From the sequence record OR513085.1: 64,000 nt of DNA, one strand, 5' to 3'. Position numbers and translations under genes: made by a program. This document shows positions 38,897-48,667 of the stretch, piece by piece (the first letter of the stretch is position 1; each line of letters begins with the position of its first letter). The notes under the pieces were generated by a model that had not been told where the DNA came from, did not search any database, and saw only the letters and a program-made list of their open reading frames with translations.

Positions 38897-39703
38897 ATGA
38901 AAAACTTTTTCAGCTTTATCAACGAAGCAAATTCATTCAATACAGACAACGGAAATCCTTTTAATGCAGGTGACATAGTTTATACAAAATCTGGTCGAAT
39001 TAAAGGGGTAATTGCATCAGATTACGTAAGCAAATCATCTAACGGACTTTCAGTTTACGTCGACTACCTAGAACCTGGGTCATACAAAGGCGGCAAGAGT
39101 ATGAAATTGCATTTAATTTCTGAACTTGTAGCATCTAGCGAAAAGAACATAGAAGGCAAAGAATTGGTGAAAAACTTCAAGCCTGGTGACTTAATAAAAA
39201 TTAAAGCAACAGGAAATGTTGGCGAAATTATCGAACATGACTTAGGCAAAAACAGAATTCAGTACAAAATTGTACAGGGCGAAAATATTACAAGACTAGA
39301 TAATTTCGTTTCCGCATTTGGAATTGAACTTGTAGATGCTAAGAAAATGGCAGATGCTAAATTAGCCGAGCTTAAGGCTAACAAAGACCTTAACAAATTC
39401 TTTAAAATTTCAATGAACTGGGAATGCGAATTTACTTTGGAAAAGGCTGACGACAAAAAGCCAGGTAGGTTCTGGGTTAGAATTCAAACATTCGGAAAAC
39501 GACTTTCTGAATATGAAGCTTACAAAACTGCAACTAACTTTGCGCCTCAGTCTAACAAAGAATATTCTGTTTCAGATTCGTATTACTTTGACACTAACGC
39601 ATCTAAACCAACATCTTGGAAAGAACTTAAAGAAAAGTTTAGTGAAAGCGAATCAAATTCAGAAGTTTCTGGTAGAATTTACCGTTACTTAGACCTCAAA
39701 TAA
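38897..39703 (+). CDS. putative internal head protein with CTS-like N-terminus and two SH3/KOW-like repeats
   Basis: MKNFFSFINEA; FNAGDIVYTK and FKPGDLIKIK modules. Confidence 0.6.
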   Translation: MKNFFSFINEANSFNTDNGNPFNAGDIVYTKSGRIKGVIASDYVSKSSNGLSVYVDYLEPGSYKGGKSMKLHLISELVASSEKNIEGKELVKNFKPGDLIKIKATGNVGEIIEHDLGKNRIQYKIVQGENITRLDNFVSAFGIELVDAKKMADAKLAELKANKDLNKFFKISMNWECEFTLEKADDKKPGRFWVRIQTFGKRLSEYEAYKTATNFAPQSNKEYSVSDSYYFDTNASKPTSWKELKEKFSESESNSEVSGRIYRYLDLK

Positions 39704-39724
39704 CACATAAACAACAAAAGCTAC

Positions 39725-39759
39725 AAAAAGCCTGAACGTTCGTAACGTTCAGGCTTTTT
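39725..39759 (+). terminator. intrinsic terminator
   Basis: AAAAAGCCTGAACGTT-cgt-AACGTTCAGGCTTTTT. Confidence 0.8.
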
Positions 39760-39835
39760 GCGTTGTATGCAATATGCGTAGCATGCACAATTTAATTTAA
39801 ATTGTGTACATATACTACACATTACAACTACAATT

Positions 39836-40594
39836 ATGCCTAGATTTAACACAAAATCAATATTTGCTTCGGCAACTAAATTTGCAAGAGGCATCCTTAG
39901 CTCAACACAAAAAATGTTTAATTCATCGGTTAAGGATGGCAATTATGACCTCAAAAAACGAATTGAGGAATCAGAATTTGTTAGAGATGATTCGTCCGCT
40001 AAGTCAGCTGCGCAAGATTGGCTACGTAAATACATGCAGAACAAAGACGTTCAGTTCAAGAAAAGACAAATGGAGGCAGGAAAGCTTTACTTTTTTCGCT
40101 ATATGAAGCCTAAACACATGGACACTTTGGAATACTGGGACCGAGGACCTCTAGTACTTTGCTTAGGCGGATATTGGTCGGCGGAAAATCAATACATTGA
40201 AGTTGGCTTAAACCTACACTTACTACCACCAAAAATTAGGCAGCAAGTACTAATTAAAGTATTTGACATGTTCAGACAACGTTATCGTGGCGAAATGTAC
40301 GCGCCTACGCAACGTCCGCTAGAACTTAATTGGCAGGCTATTGCTAGGCCTTTGCTACAATATGGAGCAGCTTTTGCATTTCGTAGCTACATACCACATC
40401 TACGTAGCCAAGCCATAGAGTTCAAATATGAAGACTGGGATAAAGCAATATTTGTTCCTAACGAATATTTAAACAAAACTACGGCACTGGAATTGAGAAA
40501 TATGTGGGCTGATTTTACTAGAAATCGTGCACTAAATCAATTATCATCTAGCAACTTAGAAAACTTATTGTCTGGTAATGGTCAAAGAAGGTAG
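39836..40594 (+). CDS. DNA end protector gp2-like
   Basis: GKLYFFRY..YWDRGPLV..GLNLHLLPP..FRSY. Confidence 0.85.
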   Translation: MPRFNTKSIFASATKFARGILSSTQKMFNSSVKDGNYDLKKRIEESEFVRDDSSAKSAAQDWLRKYMQNKDVQFKKRQMEAGKLYFFRYMKPKHMDTLEYWDRGPLVLCLGGYWSAENQYIEVGLNLHLLPPKIRQQVLIKVFDMFRQRYRGEMYAPTQRPLELNWQAIARPLLQYGAAFAFRSYIPHLRSQAIEFKYEDWDKAIFVPNEYLNKTTALELRNMWADFTRNRALNQLSSSNLENLLSGNGQRR

Positions 40595-40733
40595 AACGTT
40601 ATTACGTAACAAACGTTCTGCTACAATAACGTAATTGCTACATTTTGCAAAAGCCTTAGCTAACGTTATTACGTAACAAACGTTCTGCTACAATAACGTA
40701 ATTGCTACATTTTGCAAAAGCCTTAGCTAACGT
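40595..40733. repeat. exact 67-bp tandem duplication, palindrome-rich
   Basis: units 40595-40661 and 40662-40728 plus partial AACGT. Confidence 0.95.
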
Positions 40734-40741
40734 AACGTACG

Positions 40742-40780
40742 TAAAGCATAACGTTCAACAACAAATTACGTTATGCTTTA
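40742..40780. repeat. 13-bp inverted repeat
   Basis: TAAAGCATAACGT-N13-ACGTTATGCTTTA. Confidence 0.9.
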
Positions 40781-40907
40781 ATATGCAAGCATGCACAACT
40801 TACTAAAAAGTTATGCAAGTAAAACTTTTCCATAGGAATATATAAACTACCTAACTATACACAATAAAGTTCAAATATAGGCATTAGCCTTTAAAGCAAT
40901 ACACCAC

Positions 40908-42617
40908 ATGGCAGTAGAAAATTTTAACAACAACATAAACGTTACTAAGCAGAACGACTTGATGCGTAAACGTATCTTCAAGGAGATGCAGAACAACACA
41001 ACAAAGTCTGTTATTAACAAAATTTACAACTCTATTCAAGGTAACCAAACCACCATGGACAACATCGTCAATGAAGACGCCGTATCTCCTGGCAACTTGG
41101 CAGGCAAAGCTACACAAACAGTTTTCAATACTAAAGTAGCTTCTGTAGCCGATTGTATTGGTGCTGCCTCTGAAATGGAAATTGCAGATATCCTAGATCG
41201 TTTTGTCGATGAAATGATTGTTTACGGAACTGGCAACAACAGATTCTGTGAACCTGACTATTCGTCAATTGAGCAATTGGATATTACTGACAATGCTAAG
41301 CAGGAACTAAAAGACGAAATTGACAAAGCGTTTTCAAGAGTTTATAGATTGCTTAAGTACTCACGTCATAACATTCGTAGCGTTGAGGACGTTTCTGCAT
41401 TAGCAAAACGTTGGCTAACTATTGGTAAGCTAGCATACTTTATTGTCTATGACAACTTAGAAAAGCCTACAAAAATTCTAGACATTATCCCAATTGACTT
41501 ACGTAGATACACGCTAATTAAGCATGATATCCCAGTTAAAGTTAATAATGGGAAATATACATCGACTAAGACAGTTACTTATTGGACACTTCACGAAAAC
41601 ACTGGTAACGACCAGTACGGAAGAACAATGTATAACTCGGCAATGACTAACTTTACTTACTCGTTAGATAACGCACAGTTCCAAAAAGACATTTTTACTG
41701 ACATGGAAATTACTATGGCAGACTGGTCTAGAGTAGAATTTGAACTATCTAACGTACAGTCATATACTGCCATGCTACTTAGACCTTTCAACATTCTACG
41801 TATCATGGAACGTACAAAAATAATCTGGGCTGTAATGAACTCACGTTACAGAACAATGTATAAAATTCCTGTTGCTAACTTAGGTAAGCAAAGAGGTAAG
41901 CAGGTTATTTCAATGGTAATGAACGACTACAAGGAAAATGTAGAATTCAATTCGACTACCGGACAAATTTCAGTCAACGGACAGCCGGACTTACCTTTTA
42001 ACAAGGACATTTGGATGGGCCGAGGTAATGCAGGTGAACCTGAAATTATACCACTTGGCGGTAATGGTCCTGATATGTCAGACACTTCTACATTAACTCC
42101 GTTCTACCAAAAGTTACAAAAAGCGTCTAAAATGCCAATGTCTAGATTCGAGGAAAACAATGCAGTTTACTGGGATATTAACCCAATGGCAATTTCTCTT
42201 GAAGAACGTAGATTTGGTAAATACAACGAAAAAGTTCAGCAACAATTTATCGAACCTCTACGTAAATGTACGTACTACCAGCTACTTATAGCTAATCCAA
42301 AATATATTGGCGACACTAACATTTATGATGCTCTTAACATTCGTTGCAACAGATACAATGAACTTGAGCAAATGATGGAACTTGAAACTTTGAACAAGAA
42401 AATCGAACTTATCGGAGATGTTAAAGACAAAATGAAAATTTACGATAAGGATGGCAACGAAGTTCCACTTATATCTACTAGATTGCTACTTGACAAATAC
42501 TTACCGCTTACTAAGGCAGAAAAAGAACTTAACGAGAAGTACATCAAGGAAGAGCAGGAGAATATTAAGAAGGCTATACAAAATCAAACATATTCTGGTG
42601 AAAACCAAGGTTATTAG
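40908..42617 (+). CDS. portal protein gp20
   Basis: RWLTIGKL, LRPFNILRIMERTKIIWAVMNS..YKIPVANL, DIWMGR, LQKASKMPMSRF, EERRFGKY. Confidence 0.92.
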   Translation: MAVENFNNNINVTKQNDLMRKRIFKEMQNNTTKSVINKIYNSIQGNQTTMDNIVNEDAVSPGNLAGKATQTVFNTKVASVADCIGAASEMEIADILDRFVDEMIVYGTGNNRFCEPDYSSIEQLDITDNAKQELKDEIDKAFSRVYRLLKYSRHNIRSVEDVSALAKRWLTIGKLAYFIVYDNLEKPTKILDIIPIDLRRYTLIKHDIPVKVNNGKYTSTKTVTYWTLHENTGNDQYGRTMYNSAMTNFTYSLDNAQFQKDIFTDMEITMADWSRVEFELSNVQSYTAMLLRPFNILRIMERTKIIWAVMNSRYRTMYKIPVANLGKQRGKQVISMVMNDYKENVEFNSTTGQISVNGQPDLPFNKDIWMGRGNAGEPEIIPLGGNGPDMSDTSTLTPFYQKLQKASKMPMSRFEENNAVYWDINPMAISLEERRFGKYNEKVQQQFIEPLRKCTYYQLLIANPKYIGDTNIYDALNIRCNRYNELEQMMELETLNKKIELIGDVKDKMKIYDKDGNEVPLISTRLLLDKYLPLTKAEKELNEKYIKEEQENIKKAIQNQTYSGENQGY

Positions 42618-42631
42618 CTACAACAAACAAC

Positions 42632-42658
42632 AAAAGCCTAGCATAACGTTAGGCTTTT
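42632..42658 (+). terminator. intrinsic terminator
   Basis: AAAAGCCTAG..TTAGGCTTTT. Confidence 0.7.
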
Positions 42659-42686
42659 GTTTAATTTTTAAAAAATGCAATAATAT

Positions 42687-42935
42687 ATGAAAACATTTAC
42701 ATACTTTATTAATGAAGCTAAACGAAACGAAAATTTACGTAATGACATTTATGCTAAATTGACTGCAGGCTCATCTAAAGTACCGCTGACAGTTATACAA
42801 AGATTAACTGCAATGATACAAAATAAAAAAGTATCGTTGACTGCAATTTTATCATTTGCTGAAAGTTTCATAAAAGACAAAGACTTACTTAATGAAATTG
42901 TTAGCATGCTAAATTCAAATTTCGTTAATGAATAA
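42687..42935 (+). CDS. small putative internal head protein with CTS-like N-terminus
   Basis: MKTFTYFINEA; lies between portal and protease. Confidence 0.65.
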   Translation: MKTFTYFINEAKRNENLRNDIYAKLTAGSSKVPLTVIQRLTAMIQNKKVSLTAILSFAESFIKDKDLLNEIVSMLNSNFVNE

Positions 42936-42978
42936 CACTATTGTGTAGTATACATACTAAAACCTACAATATTATTTT

Positions 42979-45900
42979 ATGAACAACACACAGAACTTAG
43001 GTTTTCTTGTAGAAAATCATGTTTCGCACAACGTCTTCCAAAGAATTGACGAATCTGTTGCGTTACCAGATGGAGTTCTGATGCTTATGCGAGGTACGTT
43101 TATTCCTATGGACGTTCCTGGCGAGAATGGCAGATGGTACACTTACGCTGACTATGCACCGCAGGTAGAAATGTTACTACCTAAAATTGCTAGGAAAGAA
43201 TGTTTTGGAGAAATTGAACATCCTCAAAGAGTTCACGTTCCTTACGACTTAGCGTCTCACAGAGTTGAGGAAGTTTACTACGACAAAGCATCAAATTCTT
43301 GGATTGGTACTATCGCAATTTTAGATACTGACAAAGGTAGAGCAGTTTACGATATCGCAAAAACTGGAGCTCCTATATACGTTTCGCATAGAGCGTTAGG
43401 TTCAGTTGACCAAAAGACTGGCAAAGGAATTCTACTTAAATTGCTTACTTGGGACGTAACTTCCAATCCATCGTTTAAGGCTGCAGAATTTAGCAGAGCC
43501 GAACTTATCAATGAATCCGCTTACGTTTACTTGCCGCTAGAAGACGAAATGCTTAACGAATGCTATGCTGAGCTTGGCTTAACGTCAGAAGACTTCATCA
43601 ACGAATCTACTGTTACTCTAACTCAAAGCGAATTGTTAGCTATGCTTAATGAAGCGTCTAACAATGCTAACGCTATAGCTACCGAACGTTACGCAAAGCT
43701 TTTAGCTAACGCAATTAATGTAAATGCCAATTTTGTTAATGAACATATTGCAATTCAGCCATCACAAGTTATCGACGTCGTTAAGAAAATTAAAGAACGT
43801 CCTTGGATGACTGCCCAGGAAATGCTTGACCCGGAATTCAAATTTAACGACGAATATATGCATCCGCTAGATTTAGTTGCTGCAATGCAAGCTCTGGCTT
43901 CAGAAGGCATGCTATACGACGAAGATGCTCCTGGTTTTGATGAAAACGAACCTCAAATAGCATCAGTTATTGCAGTACCTCAATTAGAAGAAGTAATTGC
44001 TAATTGGCAAATGGAGCAAGATGCTTTAGCTGCGGATGTTATTGCTGCCGAAGAAGCCAAAGCTGCTAAGTTTTCAAATGAATCTGTAGACTTCGTAAAT
44101 AATTTTGCATCTGAATATGCTTTTGTAGGTCCTTATGAAGCTACAAAACAAGCAGTAGCTGCATTAACTGGCAAAGCTATTGGTGATCTTTCTGAATCTG
44201 TTGAAGCTAGAATTTCCGACATAATGGTTAACGCTAAACCTGGTAATGCTGAGGAAATTATAAATGCTTTAGTTGACGCTGAACTATATGTTAGTGAAGC
44301 TTTAGAAGCAGCTAGCAATCCTAATAAGAACAAAGAAATGCTACAAATTTTAGTTAACTTTACAAAATATGTTGAACTAAAATTACATGTATTCCACCAC
44401 AATACTAAAAGCTACGCACAACATAAAGCATTCGATACAGCATACAAAAGCTTCCAAAAGCTAACTGATAGCATAATTGAACAAGCTATGGGATATAGCG
44501 GCGAACGCTATGATACTATAGACCTTTCAGTTTCTATGCCAATTGTATATGCTGACGATTCTGGAGCTGATGTTATAGAATCACTTTATTCGTTGTCAAA
44601 AGTTATTAAGCTAATTTCTGAGGATTTGATTGCCGGAGGACTTTCTACGTTATCTGACGATGTTTCAGGAATTGGTGCGCAACTTTCGTACTTAATGACA
44701 TTAAACGAATCTCAGCTAGATGAATTTGCTAATGAAGGTGTTTCTAGCTGGCTTAAAGATAAGTGGTCTAGGCTTAAACGTTGGGCCAACTCAAACATAG
44801 ATGCTACTGTAACTATTGATGGAGTAGACTATATTATTGATGACATTCAGGAAGACGACAAAGTAATTTGCAGAGATTCCGATGGCAAAGCCAAAGAATT
44901 TACCTTTGACGAGGTTTATAAATACTTAAACGAAAACAACATATTACAACCACAAACAATGGCAAATACACACATTAACGAGGGCGTTGACGGAGCAAAA
45001 GCAAACGTTCTAGCTATTCTTTCCGGAGCAAAATTTGTAAGCTCGGTAGATAATGCAACAGATTATGACTATTCAATTGACGACGACGGACTTACTGCAG
45101 CTTCTGATGAAGTGGCATTAGATATCCTAGCCGTTCTTAAAAATAACGCAGTTACTGCTTCTGTAGATGGAGCTAAAGTAGCTATAACTTTCGGAATTGT
45201 TCCTGCAGTAGTTACTGACCAAATTAACGAATCTTTAGAAGACTTCTGTAACAAAATGCTTAGCTATGCTAACGAATCAGGTAATGCAGGAAACATTATT
45301 AACGCAGCAATGGCTATTCAAAATGCTAATGGCGTTATAAACATTAACGAATCTTACGTTACGTATTGCGAACAAATTGTAGAATATGCTAACGAATCAG
45401 GAGTAGCTTCTGACATTGCTAACGCTGGATCGCTATTACAAAATGCTTTAGAAGCAAAATTTGCTAATGAGGCCGAAGAAACTGCAGCAATCGTATCTGA
45501 TGCTACAATTGCCGGAGATGTTGCTGTAGATGGAGGTAATGAAAGATATGCAGTAGGATGCGTATTCTCAGTAGATTCTCAAAACTTCACAGTTGCTGAA
45601 TTTGACGGAACTAACGTAGTAACTACTACTGGTGAAACTTTCACTGTAGCTGAACTAAAGAAAGACGATGACGCACCAATTCCTGGAACTGATGATGCAT
45701 TAGAACCTGGTGCTCCTGTAGAAGGCGACAATACTGTTGATATGACTGTAACTCCTGTAGGAACTATCGGTTCAATCAACGAATCTTATAGCAAAACTAA
45801 CAAGCCAAAAATTGGTGATAAAGTTACTTTCATCATGGATAACCCAGACGGTCCTGGATTTGGTAAAGTTAAAAATGGTGAAAAAGTTACTGCTACTGTA

Positions 45901-46602
45901 GCTGATTTTGGTGACTGGGAAGGTGACGGTTATTCTCTTGACGTAGTACTTACTGGAGTTTCTGAGGAATACAACGTTTACACTACTGAACTTATCAATG
46001 AAGCTGCTGAGGACTTAACTGACTTACCTTCTGGAACTGCAGAGAACATTGACCATAAAGTTATCGAGGATGGCAATGCTACTGACATTCCTAGCAACCT
46101 CGACAAACCACTAGAAAACAAATTAGCTGAGGACTTCCTTGCTAGAGCTGATAAAGGCGTAACATTTGAACAATGGATTGTTGACCAAGCTTCTGCTAAC
46201 GAATTAGTTACTCCTCAGTTAGTAATGACGGTTAAAACAATTATTTCTGACATGGAAGTTAAGCAAATGATTAACGAATCTGCAGTACTAACCGCAGCAT
46301 TTATTAACGAATCTGCAGAAGCTACTGAACAATCAGCTCACTTAAAGCTTATTGGTGACCACATCGGACAATCTCACAAATACATGTTTGAACACTTGAA
46401 CGAATCTGCAAAAGGAGTTCTAGTTGCTCAAGCTGAATTGTATAACTTGTCCAGCCAAAATATCCACGACTTCCTTGATACAAGAAACTGGGCACAAATC
46501 GCTAATACTACAATTAACGAATCAGTAGCTCAAATTTCTGCAAATATTCAACAAAATGACTGGAAATCTGCACTTAAAGCATCTTTCAGAGCAGGTAGAT
46601 AG
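42979..46602 (+). CDS. prohead protease gp21 fused to long scaffold/core polyprotein
   Basis: N-terminal gp21 motifs NGRWY, FGEIEHP, VSHRALGSV, WDVTSNPSF; acidic remainder with recurrent (I/L/A)NE(S/A/G). Confidence 0.9.
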   Translation: MNNTQNLGFLVENHVSHNVFQRIDESVALPDGVLMLMRGTFIPMDVPGENGRWYTYADYAPQVEMLLPKIARKECFGEIEHPQRVHVPYDLASHRVEEVYYDKASNSWIGTIAILDTDKGRAVYDIAKTGAPIYVSHRALGSVDQKTGKGILLKLLTWDVTSNPSFKAAEFSRAELINESAYVYLPLEDEMLNECYAELGLTSEDFINESTVTLTQSELLAMLNEASNNANAIATERYAKLLANAINVNANFVNEHIAIQPSQVIDVVKKIKERPWMTAQEMLDPEFKFNDEYMHPLDLVAAMQALASEGMLYDEDAPGFDENEPQIASVIAVPQLEEVIANWQMEQDALAADVIAAEEAKAAKFSNESVDFVNNFASEYAFVGPYEATKQAVAALTGKAIGDLSESVEARISDIMVNAKPGNAEEIINALVDAELYVSEALEAASNPNKNKEMLQILVNFTKYVELKLHVFHHNTKSYAQHKAFDTAYKSFQKLTDSIIEQAMGYSGERYDTIDLSVSMPIVYADDSGADVIESLYSLSKVIKLISEDLIAGGLSTLSDDVSGIGAQLSYLMTLNESQLDEFANEGVSSWLKDKWSRLKRWANSNIDATVTIDGVDYIIDDIQEDDKVICRDSDGKAKEFTFDEVYKYLNENNILQPQTMANTHINEGVDGAKANVLAILSGAKFVSSVDNATDYDYSIDDDGLTAASDEVALDILAVLKNNAVTASVDGAKVAITFGIVPAVVTDQINESLEDFCNKMLSYANESGNAGNIINAAMAIQNANGVININESYVTYCEQIVEYANESGVASDIANAGSLLQNALEAKFANEAEETAAIVSDATIAGDVAVDGGNERYAVGCVFSVDSQNFTVAEFDGTNVVTTTGETFTVAELKKDDDAPIPGTDDALEPGAPVEGDNTVDMTVTPVGTIGSINESYSKTNKPKIGDKVTFIMDNPDGPGFGKVKNGEKVTATVADFGDWEGDGYSLDVVLTGVSEEYNVYTTELINEAAEDLTDLPSGTAENIDHKVIEDGNATDIPSNLDKPLENKLAEDFLARADKGVTFEQWIVDQASANELVTPQLVMTVKTIISDMEVKQMINESAVLTAAFINESAEATEQSAHLKLIGDHIGQSHKYMFEHLNESAKGVLVAQAELYNLSSQNIHDFLDTRNWAQIANTTINESVAQISANIQQNDWKSALKASFRAGR

Positions 46603-46659
46603 CACTTAAATTTTTAAAGTTAGGTTTTAAACAACGTGTGTTACACGTATATTTGAACG

Positions 46660-46690
46660 AACCTGGATTCTTTTTAGAGTCCGGGTTTTT
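46660..46690 (+). terminator. intrinsic terminator
   Basis: AACCTGGATTC..GAGTCCGGGTTTTT. Confidence 0.75.
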
Positions 46691-46777
46691 GCGTTCAAAA
46701 CTAGTGAAAATATTTTCAAAAACTTTTCAAAAAAGTGCCCAAAATGGCCCATTTTCAAAATAACTTTGCAGGTAGGT

Positions 46778-46785
46778 TATAAATA
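46778..46785 (+). promoter_or_regulatory. T4-type late promoter
   Basis: TATAAATA 32 nt upstream of the MCP ATG; gp55-like sigma present in window. Confidence 0.7.
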
Positions 46786-46817
46786 ATTTAACAATAACAA
46801 AAATAAAACATTTTCAC

Positions 46818-48539
46818 ATGCAAACATTATTTCCAAACGCCAACCAAGTTGGCAACATGGTAGACAGATGGTCTGAATTTATTAACGAAGCAGCTCCTAA
46901 AGGTGGTAGTACTCTATCTGATGGTAAGAGAGCAATGATCGCTCAGGTTGCAGAATTCCACGCTCATGGCAAGGATATCGCAACTGGAGGATTCTTGAAC
47001 GAATCTATCATCGGTACAAATATTATGTCAAACGGTGCTAACATGAACGGAATGGGTTCTATTACTCTTCCTACTAACGTTAAAGCTGGATTTACCCAAT
47101 TCAACCAACAAACTCCTGGTTCTGGTGATGTTCCTGTGACTGTGCTTTCAATGGCAATGTCAGTAGCTGCGACTACTATCGGTTTTGATTTGTTACCAAC
47201 TATTCCAATTTATCAGCCTGCAGTAATGCTACAGTACGTAGATTACCTTTACGGTGGTGGTAAACTTGATTCGGCAGATAACCCTCCTTTGATCGTTATG
47301 GCTAGAATTGAGGAACTTAGAGGACACCTTGATCTTAGACAAGGTTCTAAAGTTGCTATCCACTCTGTTGCAGGTGATGCTACTTCTGGATGGACATTTG
47401 AGTTCGTTGGATTTACAAGATTAGAAGGATATGCAACTTTAAAGGTTGACACTTTCGCTAACAAAGTAACTCCTGCATTAGGTTCTCTTGCTTTAGTTGA
47501 ATTTACTATTGACGGTGGTGCTCCTGTAACAGTTGCTCCTGCTGGAAATCCTAAATTGGAATTAGCTAGAGCGGTTGAAAACCACTTCTCAATGTTCACA
47601 GCTTACGGAAACCTTGATGGTGAAGGAGTTGATAGAGCTGAAGCTGAAAAAGGTACAAGATCAGTTATCGAAATGAGAACTTACTCTAAAGTAGTAAGAA
47701 CTAAAGAACATGCTGTAGAAGGTATCGTTTCAAGACAACAAGCTAGAGATATCAAAGCTATGGGTCTTGATGCATTCCCTCAATTGAAAGTTGCAATGCA
47801 GAATGACATCTCTCAGTCATTAAACAAGGAAATCCTTATGAGAATGAGACAGATGGGTGTTTCTACACACTTAATGTTACAGAAATCTCAAGGAGTTAAC
47901 TTGAACACTTACATTGACTTACCAGCTAACACTTCTAAGCCAATTGTACAGTTCAAAACTCAGCCTCTTATCGACAAGAACGGAGTTAACCAAACTGCTA
48001 ACTTCTTACCAGCTCCTAACTCTGAAACTAACTCAGCTGCTGAAAACCTTTGGACTAGACAAAGAAGAGTAACTTCTACCATCATCACTGGTGCTGCTCT
48101 AGTAGGACAAGCTTCTTTCCACGGTTCTGCTGACGCTGTAGTTGTTAACTCTCAGTTAATGGCAGCTATTAAGGAATCTGTTGGTTACCAGCCAGCTACT
48201 ATTGAGAACAAAATCTCTCAGTCTACAAAGGCTCTTTATTATGCAGGTACTATTTCTGACGTTGCAGTTTACTGTGACCCTAACATGAAATGGAACGATA
48301 CTACTGCTATCTTGGCTAGAACAGGTAAAACTGATGACGGTCTTGATATTAACCAATTAGCAGAAGGGTTAGTTTTTCTTCCGTATGTCTTGAGTTCGGA
48401 AGTTGAAATTATCACTGAAGGAACTATGGGTCCTAAAGCGTTAATCGAAACTGTTTATGCTATCGGAGAAATTGGTATCAGACCAGAACTTGCTTACTTA
48501 ACTATCGTATTCGATAACGGATTTGGTAGATGGGCATAA
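46818..48539 (+). CDS. major capsid protein gp23
   Basis: 573 aa after the protease; gp23-like VLSMAMSVAATTIGFDLLPTIP..YVDYLY, AEAE, RQQARDIKA; N-terminal INEA/LNES sites; strongly biased codons. Confidence 0.92.
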   Translation: MQTLFPNANQVGNMVDRWSEFINEAAPKGGSTLSDGKRAMIAQVAEFHAHGKDIATGGFLNESIIGTNIMSNGANMNGMGSITLPTNVKAGFTQFNQQTPGSGDVPVTVLSMAMSVAATTIGFDLLPTIPIYQPAVMLQYVDYLYGGGKLDSADNPPLIVMARIEELRGHLDLRQGSKVAIHSVAGDATSGWTFEFVGFTRLEGYATLKVDTFANKVTPALGSLALVEFTIDGGAPVTVAPAGNPKLELARAVENHFSMFTAYGNLDGEGVDRAEAEKGTRSVIEMRTYSKVVRTKEHAVEGIVSRQQARDIKAMGLDAFPQLKVAMQNDISQSLNKEILMRMRQMGVSTHLMLQKSQGVNLNTYIDLPANTSKPIVQFKTQPLIDKNGVNQTANFLPAPNSETNSAAENLWTRQRRVTSTIITGAALVGQASFHGSADAVVVNSQLMAAIKESVGYQPATIENKISQSTKALYYAGTISDVAVYCDPNMKWNDTTAILARTGKTDDGLDINQLAEGLVFLPYVLSSEVEIITEGTMGPKALIETVYAIGEIGIRPELAYLTIVFDNGFGRWA

Positions 48540-48575
48540 TCAATAAAGCTTCGGCTAAATTGATTTAACAATATG

Positions 48576-48608
48576 AACCTCGGTTACTTTTTGTAGCCGA
48601 GGTTTTTT
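48576..48608 (+). terminator. intrinsic terminator
   Basis: AACCTCGGTTAC..GTAGCCGAGGTTTTTT. Confidence 0.8.
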
Positions 48609-48620
48609 GTGTTAAAATAG

Positions 48621-48663
48621 TTGCAAAAATATTTTCATATGTTAAATAAAATGATTAAATTTA
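48621..48663 (+). promoter_or_regulatory. promoter, TTGC class
   Basis: TTGC...TTTTCATATGTT-N12-TAAATTTA. Confidence 0.75.
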
Positions 48664-48667
48664 TATA

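Noticed and set aside
40595-40733. CRISPR mini-array
   Set aside because: Two abutting 67-bp copies with no spacer, and no cas genes in the window
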